A DNA stretch of 54,584 nucleotides, counting the filler, from Catajapyx aquilonaris (lineage: Eukaryota), in the NCBI GenBank assembly GCA_000934665.2. It is 2 parts of 2 records of this genome, joined end to end, with 100 filler letters (N's around TTAATTAATTAA, not from the genome) between each part and the next. Parts side by side here need not be neighbours in the genome. Positions count along the whole stretch, not along the records: positions 1 to 27,210 come from JYFJ02005100.1; 1 more part is not named here. One strand, 5' to 3'. Under the pieces are notes generated by a model. The model did no database searches, had not been told where the DNA came from, and worked only from the letters and a program-made list of their open reading frames with translations. Position 1 is the first letter of the stretch. Each line of letters opens with the position of its first letter. Positions 11,274 through 23,382 of the stretch are shown in pieces. A program made the translations under genes and the position numbers.

Positions 11274-11438
11274 GGGCCCTTGCAGACGGGCCAAGCTTAG
11301 CTGCGGCTGGTCGAGGCCGCGACGGTTCACACCTGGCAAGCCACGGCCAGGCCACGGCTTACAAGGTTGGCCAACTTCCTGGAAGTTGGCCAGGGCCGCG
11401 GCCAGCCGCGGCTAAGCTTGGCCCTTCTGCAAGGGCCC
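11274..11438. mobile_element. PIF/Harbinger-like GC-rich palindromic MITE
   Basis: TIR gggcccttgcagacgggccaagcttagc / gctaagcttggcccttctgcaagggccc; 3-bp AAT on both flanks. Confidence 0.8.
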
Positions 11439-11619
11439 AATGTAATCAAGAAGTCCATATACTTTTCATTTTATGCAGATTTTCAGCATATTTGATTGGT
11501 GCATGACTGGATGATGCGAAAATTGGTATTCTCAAAATGTCCGCCATCACCACCATCATCCCATTATACATTTCCCTGTGAAAGAGGAGCAAATTAATTC
11601 ACACATATTGGCTAAATGG

Positions 11620-12700
11620 CATGGGGTGGTTCGGTGACTGCACCGGACGATAAAAAGCACACTGCACAGGGGCCAAGTACACTCTACCAGCCCATTACGG
11701 ATCTCCTGAGCCAGCCTGCTGGATCGTCTCGAAGTTTCACCCAGTTTTGACTTGCATGCTTGCTCCAGGATTTGATTAATCAGTATTAAAGATGCGCCGG
11801 AGGTCAAGCCTGTCCTACACATACATGAGGGCCGCCATGATGATATCGTGCATGCCGATACAATACTAGAATCGATATAATTCGATATCGACCTCACATC
11901 GTAAGACAATGCAGATAAGTTTGGACACCTAATGTAAAAACCACGCTTCTAGACAGTCTTCACCACATGTAAAATAACCAGTTTTAATATACCGTAGGGT
12001 TTTTCAAAGATGCATGCCAGCAGAGTCCATGGCAGAGTCACACCTAAGAGTCACACGACCTACGCCATCTGGTTTACAGCGCGCTCCATTTAAACAGTTC
12101 ATGATTCAAACTGTGCCATTGCATTCGTGAATGTAGCGGTGAAGCCAACTCTAAACACCTTAATGGTGTGACAGGATTGCATCATTCACTGCATTGTATT
12201 ACCCCATTTGCACTCCGCCTTCCTTTCCACCTATGCTTATCTGAAACCTTGATATCATCTCCCATCATGCCTCGCGCCACAGCGCCTATATATTGGGACG
12301 CTCGCCCCGGCTCGACCTGACTCGTGGTAATTACCTTGGTCGAGCCCAATATTCCCACACCATACATCCTGTCCTCACTGACCCGGAGGTACTTATTGCA
12401 CGGAAATAAACACATATTTTGAACACTACTTCTGTGGTCTTTTATGTGCACCTTCCGACCTTCGGGTCACAATGGTATTCAGGCAGGCCTCGCCATACCA
12501 GACGCTGAAGCGTACTGCTCATCCCGAACATACTTCATCTTCAGTAGGCGAATTCCCACCATGCCTGCGTCTTTGGCTCAATGCTATCCGACGCATGTGC
12601 ACAAACTCTGTCTTTCGGCTCCTTAATCAACGTAAGTCTCTTTTCCTCCCAAGTCTTCCTCTGTCACAGTATAGACTGATTTCGATGTGGCATTTGAAGT
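11620..12700 (-). pseudogene. Heavily decayed remnant possibly of a MULE-type ORF (SWIM-like, Ulp1-like and PHD-like pieces), split by a solo LTR
   Basis: Frame-shifted motifs in order: LCTCVG..(C/R)RH, IHECNGTV*IMNCL..PDG..C, YCI.., LVECTWPLCSVLF..C. Confidence 0.3.
12167..12471 (+). mobile_element. Solo LTR (Gypsy-like)
   Basis: TGTGAC...GTCACA termini, 4-bp TSD atgg, internal TATA (cctatatatt, ~12285) followed by AATAAA (~12405). Confidence 0.8.
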
Positions 12701-12929
12701 TTGAAGATTGCTATTGAGATGAATTTTTGCCGACTATTTATTTATGTGGGGGCTATTAGACTTTCAGCTAATCAACTATCAATTCATTTCTGTCAGAAAA
12801 GATACTTGATTGTGAGAAAATGTCCTTCCAGGACTACATTAAGCAATACCTAACTCAACACTGACTAAAATGTGACTGGCCCTTCTGCATTTCAGGTTTT
12901 AAAATATATTAAACTTAATTAGCAATTTT

Positions 12930-13360
12930 ATTTTTATTTTTATTTTTTTATTTACACCCTTGAGGCCTTCTGGCCTATGTAGGGGGAAGGTTTTTCCACC
13001 ATTTTATGACTCTCCAGTGCTGGGATAGAGGGGGGGGGGGGGGACAGTGGTGCAAGTGCAATGTCTTATGGTGGAGGACGTGTGCAGTCCCTCAGAGGGC
13101 TAGGTTGACAAGACGACCCTCTAGATGCGGGTCAGAGACCCCCCACAAACGCCGCACCTCCTCCAGTATGGGACAGGGATAGGAAAGGCAGGAAGCGGCT
13201 GTGACCTACTAATTTAGGAAACAACTCCGGTATTCACCTGGGGTGACCGTGGGAAACCACAGAAAACCACGGTCAGAGTTGCCGGCCTGGGGATTCGATC
13301 CCTGGACCTCCCGATTCGCAGCCGGATACCAAATCCCCTCGGCTACTGCTGCTTCGGTTT
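12930..13360 (-). mobile_element. Full-length tRNA-derived SINE (family B, long form)
   Basis: 17-bp TSD acttaattagcaatttt (12913-12929, 13361-13377); A-box-like tagccgaggg, B-box gatcgaatcc; central tggttttctgtggtttccca...cagccgcttcct resembles the Nin/Deu-type domain of arthropod SINEs; A-rich tail. Confidence 0.85.
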
Positions 13361-13746
13361 ACTTAATTAGCAATTTTTCAAGGCTAACAAATAATGAAAT
13401 ATACGAGTGCACATACGCAGCCTGCATATACAGTATGATACACAAATACTTATAGCCTACACATAATTTTGAGTAGGCCTAAATCATTTTATTAAATGCA
13501 TGCTAATTCTGTAATTCTGGGGTATCACGGATATTATTTATTTCTAAATTAATTGGTAATTAAACCACATCTCTTATTTATACTGATTTCCAACATTTTC
13601 CCTAAGAATCGTGTTAAAAAATCAACGGAAATATGGCATCACGCTGCGCTGCCTATCCACAATAATAATTCAAATCCCATTTTGTCAGCGTGTTTTCCCC
13701 TCCGCCACCACTATTCTCATTTCTATTCTACACCATCAGCCATTCG

Positions 13747-13775
13747 TAACCTAACCTAACCTAACCTAACCTAAC
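13747..13775. repeat. (TAACC)n = interstitial (TTAGG)n arthropod telomere-type motif
   Basis: About 6 tandem copies, directly visible. Confidence 0.9.
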
Positions 13776-14398
13776 TTAGGATGATGCTAGACGAGACTCT
13801 ACGTATAATCCACACATTTTCTGATCCTGAATCCGGCGCTATTCCTATATAGAGCATAGAGATAGCATACTGATATACCTGTATCAGCTCTGGTTGGGCA
13901 ATGGGTATTTGAAATACCGGTACTCAGTCCTGTCTTTCATAGTTCACAATTTTTCACATTCATTGATCTGCATAATTTTATATATAGGCCACAGCATAAA
14001 TAAACTTACTACATGCACACAAACACTACTGCATAAAGAGATCAAGTGCCGTGTGACAAAATTATTCACATTGCGAATAATTTATTGATTATCCTGGATC
14101 CCTGGAAGTGCATGGTTTACGGCACTATGCAACAAAATTTGACTTTTTTTTGTCCATGGAAATTCATGGTCATATTCGTGTTCCGTAGGTCACAAGTAAC
14201 AACAGAAAAACTATTTCCATAAGCCCATTCTCCCCCCGTTTCTCTTTCATTTGATCAGTGTCTATGTTGATTGGGTTTTGGGTTTTGACCACTTCCACAA
14301 ATAACCGAAAATAATTATCCAAAAAAGGCCTGGTTTAGGCACATTTCTCATGTTAGAAGTGTGGATTATTCGTGATTATTCTTGACTAATAGTTTCCT

Positions 14399-14451
14399 AG
14401 TAACAGCCTGCAGCGAATAAGATGCCATCTTATACGCTGCAGGCTGTTACT
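14399..14451. repeat. Near-perfect 53-bp palindrome
   Basis: agtaacagcctgcagcgaataagatg / catcttatacgctgcaggctgttact, one mismatch. Confidence 0.8.
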
Positions 14452-15297
14452 GTGAATGCCTGGTTTAACTATTGCCGCAGAAAGGGCTCCTGCCCTCGAA
14501 TGGGGTAATACAAAAAAAAAAAAAACTATTGCTGCAGACGAGTTATCCCTAATAATTTATCAAGTATAGTAGTGTTTTTTATATACTAATTTTACGAAAA
14601 GGGGGGGAAATTTTTATATCAAACAATCAAATCAAAGCACCGCATGATATAATCACATGACGGTTACTTGCAGGTTACTTGTACCTGATAAGGGCAGACA
14701 CCAATAAGGCCATTTTTCTTGCTGAAGTACCAAACGTATGAACTGAACTGATAATAGTAGGTTAGGTGTACCGTCAACTGACCGTCATCATATATTACCT
14801 GTCATTGGGGGATGCCATTCCTATAATCGGACATACGTTGCAGTTCAGAGCTTGAAGAGATCATTCAGTTCATCATAATCATAATACTGTATTAGCTTAT
14901 CATACCGTGTTACCGTCATATTTTGACAGAAGTCGAGAGCAGGGGAAAGGCGAAAAGAGAACCTTATTGGAGTTCTGCCCTTATCAGGCGTGTCAACAAG
15001 TGCAAAACCTGATGAACGTTTGATAACGGAACCTTCAAGTATGATGGGTTGCCTCAGTGGCGTAGGCCGGGGGGGGGGGGGGGGGNNNNNGTGTTGTTTT
15101 TTCTAAGTGTGGAGGCCAGGCAGTTCCCATAATATTTATTTGTTTATAACAATGAACTTTTTAAAGAATACATTTTAGGTGACTTTGGATTATTCGATGC
15201 ATGACTGATGTGTTGTTTTTCCTTTGCCTAATTAACGGCGTAGAGAAAGGATTATTGTGTCAGGGATTCAGGGAACATGCTGCGAATCTATCGAATA

Positions 15298-16593
15298 ATA
15301 GCAAGTTCCCCGGCGTTGGCCGGGTATGTTATGGTTATGCCTGTGTATCTATTGTTAGACCCAACTTCTCAATCTCTCTCAATGGAAAGCCATTGTTGTG
15401 TTGTTGCTTCTGTGCAGCTTGTGTTTGGCTGCTTTAATTTCTAGACGGGACTGGAGTTGACTGTCTGGTTCCATGCTGCCTTTATTTAGTTCGTTTGGGT
15501 TTGGCAAAGTGAAGGTTCCATGGAGATGGCCCCAAACAAAAGTAATGCGAGGGCCTTCCCAAAATGATTTACATTTTTTTTTTTTTGCCGAAAATACAGG
15601 GCTAATGCAGGTCGGCAAATAGGCACACACTATCGACAGAACCCTTCCGGAGTCGAATGCACAGGATTCATGGGTGTGACAACCTCTCCAGGCCCCCCAG
15701 GAACCACTTTTTGGAGGTGCGACGCTCCTACTACCGGACAACTGCTTAGTCAGCAACTATCAACAATGTCGTTAAAATGGCTTCGGTGAAGGAATAAATT
15801 TTTCCATGGATCTTGCTCTGATTGCTTCCACACCCACCGTACTCCCCTGGCCTAGCCTCCAGTGACTTTGTTCGTTAGTTAGTTGTTTGTTGGTTTGTTT
15901 GTTTGTTTGTTTGTTTGTAATACCCCGTGATAGGGCCAGGGGTCCTCTTGAGGGGGGGGGGGGGTTCCCAAGGGAGGGCGTTCTTAAGTAGTCATTTCTG
16001 CTCCTCTTAAATTTAGCAGAGCTTTTCTCTTGGCCATGCGCAGAGAAGGGAGTGCAATTCTGCACAGACATGTCGGGTGAAAAGGGGGAAAAGACCTGAC
16101 CAAGCGAAGGTGACTGTCTGACGCGGACGCGATTTGAATCCCGGACTTCCCGCTTGGCTGGCCAGTAGAATAGCCACTATAGACAACCATGCTCCCCGCC
16201 TCCAGTGACTTGATTCCTGGAGGACCTGGAGAGGTTAACTACTGCCAGTGCCAGTGAATTCTGCTCCAGGAGGATTCTATCTATAATGTGTGTCTATTTT
16301 TCGACTGCATGGGCGTTGTGTCTGTGGCAAAAAAACCAATTGTTGTAAATCATTTTGGTACGGCCCTCGTATATTGTTTATATTGTTGTCGAATGATGGC
16401 TCAATTAGAGGAGGTATAGAGTGTTGTGGGAGTATGGCTCATTTTCGGAATCTGAAACATGCGGCATTAAATTCCTCGAAAAAAGCAACCCCTGGTGAGC
16501 TAATTTAAGGCGGTGTAGGGGCATTCCCCTGGATTTCTACAGTAGCAAATCCACAAACCCACAAACGTTCACAAACTCATTTATGTATATAGA
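15298..16593 (-). mobile_element. Non-autonomous Helitron (Lep1-like) containing a SINE
   Basis: On the - strand starts A|TCTATATAC followed by tttgtg repeats; 3' hairpin cccggccaacgccggg followed by a degenerate CTAG (ctat). Confidence 0.55.
15869..16197 (-). mobile_element. tRNA-derived SINE (family D) with (AAAC)n tail
   Basis: 14-bp TSD gcctccagtgactt (15855-15868, 16198-16211); GGGG start, B-box-like gattcaaatc; 3' end ccctatcacggggtattac. Confidence 0.8.
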
Positions 16594-16619
16594 TGATTCA
16601 GATTTTAATGATACAAATT

Positions 16620-16702
16620 CTGTTATCCCACACGAAACTCTATTCTCTGTAATTTTTACATTAATGTAAATAGAGAATAGAGTTTGGTGTGGGATAACAG
16701 TG
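16620..16702. repeat. Small palindromic MITE-like element
   Basis: ctgttatcccacacgaaactctattctct / agagaatagagtttggtgtgggataacag. Confidence 0.7.
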
Positions 16703-17307
16703 ATGAGGTTGCGATATTATTTATTCTTATAATTATTCTCCAAGACTGCACTTTCACGCTATAATTATGTATAAGCTTGCTAGATTAATATGATCTACAG
16801 TGTAATATTATATGCCGAATAATTATAACTTTTCCATGCATACTGTAGGCTACATTACTACTTATAAATGAATTACCATCACGTTTCAGTGATCGGAATA
16901 AAATTGCATTTGTTTATTCTCTCCAATCAAAATGCAAATTCATGCTATAATTTGAATATCGCATATCTAAATACACGGAATGTCTCATGTAGGCAAAACA
17001 AGCACACACTTCTCTCAAATATAATTTGTACAGTATACGTAAGCAATATGGCCATATTGCCCTCCATTTCTCAATATCAGGCCAGTGCACTCATCATGGT
17101 AATGGTATCTGCTAGATGGCCATGGCACCTGAAGCAGGCGCCTATAGCATAGCCGCTGCGTTTAGGTAGATCAATAGAGATTTCCGATAGTCCTACTTTC
17201 TGGCATGCAAGCAAGCAGTCAAGTCACTCACGACAAAGGTTCCCAGGTAGTGCTTGGGCCACAAGGTAGTCGTCCTGTATTGACCACCAAGGCCGCATTT
17301 TTCCACC

Positions 17308-17311
17308 ATGG
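17308..17311 (+). CDS. RIIa-domain (Sp17-like) gene, first coding exon (ATG G)
   Basis: Strong Kozak context ccaccATGG immediately followed by donor gtaagt; phase 1 matches the next exon. Confidence 0.75.
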
Positions 17312-17555
17312 GTAAGTTTTCACTTACAGAGTATGCTCTTGACAAAATACCAACACTAGCAGAAAACTGTGTATAAAATTTCAGATAGGCAAATAAATCT
17401 GGTGCAGCGTAAAATCATTTAGAATGGGGAATCATTTTCCAGCCTACTGTATTCATCACTCTCTAAAATAATGATTTTAGCTTTATTTGCAGCTCCAAAG
17501 TTTCATGCACCTATGAAGTTTTCACTCTGGGACTGATCATGTTTGTCTTGTTTAG

Positions 17556-17714
17556 GCACCGTGAGATGTCCTCTGTTTCTACGCCTGTGCGTGCCACTAG
17601 GCCTGGAAAGACTTTTGGAGAGCTTGTCCAAAGAAGTGTTAAAACACCAGCCTGCGGACATCTATAGCTTTGCCGCGGAGTTTATGGAGAAACAGCTTCC
17701 TGCAGATCATCAAG
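17556..17714 (+). CDS. RIIa dimerisation/docking-domain protein (Sp17/CABYR/ROPN1-like), exon 2
   Basis: Acceptor tgtttag; encodes (G)TVRCPLFLRLCVPLGLERLLESLSKEVLKHQPADIYSFAAEFMEKQL, matching the IP.G...LLE.L.REVLR.QP.DI..FAA.YF RIIa pattern; donor caag|gttgga. Confidence 0.85.
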
Positions 17715-18251
17715 GTTGGACACATTATAGGGGTTGATAATAATTATGTCGTTCCAAGAAGCACATTATGTCACATGATGAGGTAGTCCACTAAGAGAAA
17801 TATGAAGAGTCAAGAGTGATATGCCCGTATTAGTTGGTATAATAGGATCATCATCTCTTGCTGATGACGGTAACTCCAAGCACTAATCATGTGACGTAAA
17901 AAGTGCCCTTCAGTTACTGTATAATAATATGTTCGTTGCTAAGAGTGTATGCAAGTGTAAGCGGAGTCCGAAATGAAAGGAGTTGTAGAGAATGTTCCAG
18001 AAAGATATCAAGTATACGTGTATACCTTTTTGTGTGTGTGTAAATACCGTAGTACTGTACATTTCAAGGTAATATCACTATACGGCATCCGTAATGGGTG
18101 TTGCCACTCTACAGGATACCTCTCCCCAAGTTTTGTGGTGCCTATATATTCAGTCATGAGTCTCATGACATAAATTACGTATATATACGTTTACCTGTAT
18201 TGTGTCAAGTTACAGGTAGGCCTACTTTGGGTTTTTACGTCTCTAAATATT

Positions 18252-18577
18252 GTTTTTTTACGTTACCCCGTGATAAGGCTTAGCCTTTTTATGGGGGTGG
18301 AATACCACCATTACTCTCCAATTTTTCCTTTAACTTCATCACCGGTGCAAGGAGTCAAGGATAGGGATTTTTGGGGAGGGAACATTGGTGCAAGTGCAAG
18401 GTCGGTAAAGGGGTCATGTGCTGTCCCCCAGGAGGTTAGGTTGCCAGACACCTCCTTGGTGCAGGTCAGAGACCCTCCTGACGCAGGTGAAAGGAAAGTT
18501 CCCCAGGCGGGGATCGAACCTGGGGCCTTTCACTCAGCAAGCCGTGACGTTACCATCTCGGCCATCTACACCTCCCC
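18252..18577 (-). mobile_element. tRNA-derived SINE (family C), intronic
   Basis: 15-bp TSD acgtctctaaatatt (18237-18251, 18578-18592); A box tggccgagatgg, B box ggttcgatccc; 3' end ttatcacggggtaacgtaaaaaaa. Confidence 0.85.
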
Positions 18578-19525
18578 ACGTCTCTAAATATTAAATTTTC
18601 AACAGCAATCTTTATAATTTATTAATCAGATATGTCGTGTAATCTAGTTGTGTCATTATTCTTACTTAATTTATTCCATTAAAATACTCAAATTTAACTT
18701 TTAAAATTCTCAAAACCCATTATCCTTGCCAGTCTTTCCACTGGCGCTAGCTGGCGCTGCGCTGGCGTGGACTTTTTGGGGGAAACATAAACGCGGACCT
18801 AGCCGGAATGTTGTCAGATGAGCCGGATTTCAGTGTCCCCCGAGTAATCCCGGAATATTTTCTGATAATTGCCTCGAACGTCCCGAAGATTTTTTCTGTG
18901 TACTAGAAATGGGAATACATGAGATTTCTGATGAAGGTAACCACGGATCCTTCGCCCATCTCGGTTTGGTCGAGCGCCAGATAGCCTGAGCTGGCCTCCG
19001 ACAGTTGTGCCAATAACAGAAGCGACTAGTTATACCTCAGGACATGTCAAAATAGACGGTAGCATTGCACTTAGAAGTTTACAAACTCCCGAAAAAAGCA
19101 AGCTATCTGTGATGAAACAACCTTTACTATACAGTCAAGAAAGGAATGACCCCCGCTAACACGTTGCAGTTAATACGCCATGGGACAAACCGTGGCTCTG
19201 TTGCAATATTCGATAAGCTTATAAAATATGGGAAATCTACCTACTGACCAACAATCCTCCAGAATACCCCTTTCGTCGGCTGGACACGTGCAACACGAAA
19301 AACGTGCCAACTGAACCAGAAAACAACAATACTGCTTGCACCAGCACATTCTTCCCACATGGAATATTACACCCCCTTACATCATGCCATAAGGTTCATC
19401 CATCATGATGCACGCAAGTCAAGGAGAAGACTCTGCAAAAGAAAAACATATGACTCTCATGACGTCACTCGGTCATAGCTGTTGACACCCGAATAAATAG
19501 GGGCCGACGTTGAGTGGCATACATG

Positions 19526-20579
19526 TGTGACGGTCAGAGAGTGGTGCACTGCATGCAGCAGTGAACGTCCCGAATCACCCCTCAACAAAATGCAAAATCC
19601 GGCATTTGTTTAGTTCCAAGCGGGCCTGGAAATGAAGCTGGGCCCAAAATAGCCCCCAGCAGCAGGCTGGCGTCTTCCAAATTGGAGGTCTTTCAGCGGC
19701 GTCCGTGGCGTCAGGCCGGGCATACATCTGGCAGCAGATGGGTGCTGCTACTGCAAGCAAGCGAGCAATCCTGCTACGACCGACGCGCACGGACGCACCG
19801 CATAGTGCAGCCTAGCTCTATTATTTTTGGCGTCAGCATTGGCGCCGGGTGCACTGCTCGAGTGCATGGTGCCTATACTTGGAGTGACAAATACGACTGA
19901 ATGAGATGGAATGTATTCATTGTCGTCGGTGAGAAGTAAGGTGAGGTGAGGAGGTGAGGTGAAGCGGGGTGAAGTGAGGTGAAGTGAGGTGAGACCAGGT
20001 TGGGGGACGTGGGGGGGAGTAGGGCATCATACCGCCGGCGCATAATTTATATCCTCGGCCATCGCCACACCACTCAACTCCTGCCTGCATGGAGTCCATC
20101 GCCAGCAGCCTATTACTGCTGCCTACCTGGGCCACCAAGTGCATCCTAGCGAAGAAAGGAGGCGACTGCATCCTCGCACTTCTTTCCATACTCTGACTTA
20201 TTTCACATCTACAGCTAAAAAAGGAAGCTGCGTGGTACCTCCACTTTTCATCATGGGATGTGTCCTCTCCTACTTCCAGAAAGGTAAGAATCTGGCCCAT
20301 GCTGGCAATATTGGTGATGGACACCCTGTATCTAGTAGCTACAGTATGTGAGGCAGGCATAAGAGGAGAGGAGCCAGCGGAAAGAGGGCTAAGAATACAG
20401 TCTGGGCGGCCATGGCCCTACAGGTGACCCACATCTCTTTCCAAAAGTGTACTAACTATCTCAAGGCAAGCTTCTTTGCTCTCGTGTGTCATATAGAGAC
20501 AGTTTCTAGAACCTGCGTGCCTTTAGTCAACTAGCGGTTAACTAGGGTTAATTGGCACTGGCCTGAAGCGCACGTCACA
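19526..20579 (-). mobile_element. Probable ~1-kb solo LTR in the Sp17-like intron
   Basis: TGTGACG...CGTCACA termini; - strand TATA (gatataaatt, ~20050) followed by (CTCAC/CTTCAC)n; TSD imperfect (catg/cgag). Confidence 0.45.
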
Positions 20580-20655
20580 CGAGCCTCAATCATAATTGCC
20601 GCCTGATGATTGATGCAATAAAATTATGACTAATAATCACGTCTTGTGTCATCAG

Positions 20656-20717
20656 GGCAGCAAGGCGGCAGCGATGTTGGTGCCAGCTGCGGCAGCCCTC
20701 CATGCCTGCCACCCCAG
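20656..20717 (+). CDS. RIIa-domain (Sp17-like) gene, candidate exon 3
   Basis: Acceptor tgtcatcag; phase 1 continues in frame (GQQGGSDVGASCGSPPCLPPQ); donor cag|gtgaga. Confidence 0.6.
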
Positions 20718-20849
20718 GTGAGAGTATGTTTATGGCATAGCGTCAATATTTGCCTCAATGGAGTATGGCGTCAATCCGTAGGCTACATGACTCAATCGCA
20801 TTTTTTGGCGATATGGTCTGCTGACTTGTGCCCTTCTCTGTTTTGACAG

Positions 20850-20924
20850 CAGCAAGACGAAACCAAGACCACAGATGATGAGGCCACACCCTCCGGTGCA
20901 GCTTCACCGCAAGACCAAAATACG
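20850..20924 (+). CDS. RIIa-domain (Sp17-like) gene, candidate exon 4
   Basis: Branch point ctgac plus pyrimidine tract and NAGNAG acceptor (gacag|cag); phase 0 in frame (QQDETKTTDDEATPSGAASPQDQNT); 3' boundary uncertain (weak donor gtacta). Confidence 0.55.
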
Positions 20925-22800
20925 GTACTATACTGTGTAGTGAAAGAAACCTTCTCTCTTTCTCATGTGGGGCAATGCCGTCCTCTCATGGGAATAACCA
21001 CAGGAATATGTTCTGAGCATGAACCGAATGAATATAGCAGGCTATTACTGTAGTTACGTCCGAAAAGACACAAGTTAGAGTAGACTTGGTAGAGTATGAC
21101 GACATAATTATTATTAAAGAGAGGATACTGAGACAGTCATACAAAGAGGAAGTATTCAGTATGCCTATGCACTAAAAATTATCTCCAAGCACATCGGCCT
21201 ATAAGGTATAAAAGTGCAAAATTGATTACTAATACAATACTCTGAAATTAACCATCAAGTGTACATTAATAATTATGCAGATGTCGGGTGCATTTCATAA
21301 TCGTTTCTGTCCTACACCCAGTTATTGCCAGAAATAAACTTGCTGCTAAATGTCAACCTGCTCTACAAAGATCGTAGAAGTGGGACAATAATGGCATATC
21401 ACCCTATATAATTATCGTCAGGCCTCCTACGGTTCCCCTTATGGATATCCCCAATGGAGTTTTTCAAAATCCAGTTTGGTGCTGTGAACAACTTTGCCTA
21501 TTAGGTCAAAGTCAGAAATGACCTACGGCTGTAACAACTGTTGAACCCAAAGTCAAGCATAAAGTAGTACCAAACAAGTGGGCTGAGATCGAATATCCCG
21601 AGTTCATTCTGTCCGTCCACACTACAAATAAAATTCAATGATAAATATACTGTTAAGAAAAAGAGTAAAGCTTTTCCTTTGCAATGACGTACGGTATAAT
21701 CCGGATATGTGTAGGATAAACCGATTTTGAGATATTAATTTTTAGTTTCGGGTTATAATCATCCTGTATAGTGTATACTGTAAGTAGGCTATCGTCTGTT
21801 CACCCTATATGTAAGTTACACTACATGTTTTCTAGTATCCAGGTGTGTCGTCACGACTCAAGAGCATATGCAAATTGTAAACACATGACTATCCGACTCT
21901 TAGCTCCGGTTTTACCGATTCAATTTATGATAAAATCTCTGATTATTATGTGGTGAATACGGTACATGTTCATAATAGGGGATTTTTGTAATAATTCGCG
22001 CTACAAAATCGTGTCTTAGTCTAAAGGACGATTTTTTCTGAATACGTACAAGGTAATAAATTGCTGATCTCTGATACGAATCATTTTAAATTTTAAATTG
22101 TAAAAAATACAAATGGTATGATCTGACATGATAATGCTTTCTGAAACAAACTTTCGTGATTTAGGTGACAAAATTATTGCTGATGTGTACTGAGATTTAC
22201 GAAAGCAGTACCAGCAAAAGCTTCGTCGTCTTGCTCCTATAGTAATTCCCCCCCCCCCCCAGACGTATCTTATTTAATTTTATAGTGTTGAAAACTAAAA
22301 TAATTACTTCTCTCACTAACCTAAAATATTTTAGTGTTCGGACATGCTGTGAAATTGCAACTTTGCCATGAAACAGCCCGTGAAATAAAAATTCGAGTAC
22401 AGTGCTGTACAAGTTTAGAATCTACACCTTAAGATTTTCTCACAAAGCCTCAATGTTGTTTATGCAAATGAACATCTAACCTCTAAGCAATTTTCTCCGG
22501 AGTAGACTATAAGTGTCACCACAGGGAAAACCATTCCCTAAACAACTTCTTAAGTTGAGAAATAATTTTGACCACATACCATATTATGTCTTACAATGCA
22601 AGATAACTATTAATAGAGTGCTAATTAACAAAAGAGATTTATCGAATCCCTAATTACTACTGTCTGTCAAAAATAAAGTTGCAATCAAATGTGTTCTGGC
22701 GCTATACAAACATCATGCCCTAGTGTTTTTATGTACAGTTGTAAATTCGGTTGTAAATCAAACATCATGACTGTATCTAGGTAGAGTAGAAAGAAAAATA

Positions 22801-23382
22801 CAGTAAAACTTCTATATGTCGAATCTCCATTGGACCAGGAAAAAACTCCGAGTTATAGAAGATTCGAGTAGTTAGAGAAGTTTGGAGTAAAACTTCCATA
22901 AGTCGAACTTCCCTAAGTCGAAGTTCTCTATAAGTCGAAGAAAATGATGAGCTTGGTTGGTCACAATGTAAAAGAATAGGAAATAAACTTCCCTAACTCG
23001 AATTTCTATAACTCGAAGTGCAGGCAGGGCCTTACGATGGGATATCAATGCATTTTCAGTCGCCCTAAGTCGAAGTTCATGTTGGCGAGCACGGAAAATT
23101 TTCTCCTTTCCCAGCCGAAGGGTCGAGAGTAGGCCACATGTACAGAAAGGCTCGATTTCCTGATCTTCGTCTACCAGACGTAACCAAAGAAGTGTTTGAA
23201 TCGATTGTGAAAATTGAATCCTTGAATTTCAGAGTAGACAAATGTCCATAACTGAGATTTTTTTTACAACAAAACAATGAGAAACATTGTCAGTGTGATA
23301 GTGACAATTATTGTAAAGTTTTGAACACCTTTCGTTCCTGGATATAAAGGTAGGCTTCCTTATAGAGTTATGTGCTTAAATA
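22801..23382. mobile_element. Rearranged pogo-like MITE copy (5' end direct, remainder inverted)
   Basis: 22801-22883 matches 23383-23462; 22885-23382 is the reverse complement of 23463-23982. Confidence 0.8.

Noticed and set aside
12472..12485. tRNA-Met primer-binding site after the LTR (tggtattcag)
   Set aside because: The atgg is the TSD also present on the left flank, so this is a solo LTR rather than a 5' LTR with a PBS
12913..12929. Sequence-specific SINE targeting (ttaattagcaatt here and at 40582)
   Set aside because: Only two AT-rich cases, inserted in opposite orientations; the other SINE TSDs are unrelated
13747..13775. True telomere
   Set aside because: Only about 6 internal units
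17566..17667. ATG at 17566 as the start of the RIIa gene
   Set aside because: Out of frame with the RIIa domain and stops early; the upstream ATG G|gt exon fits the phase
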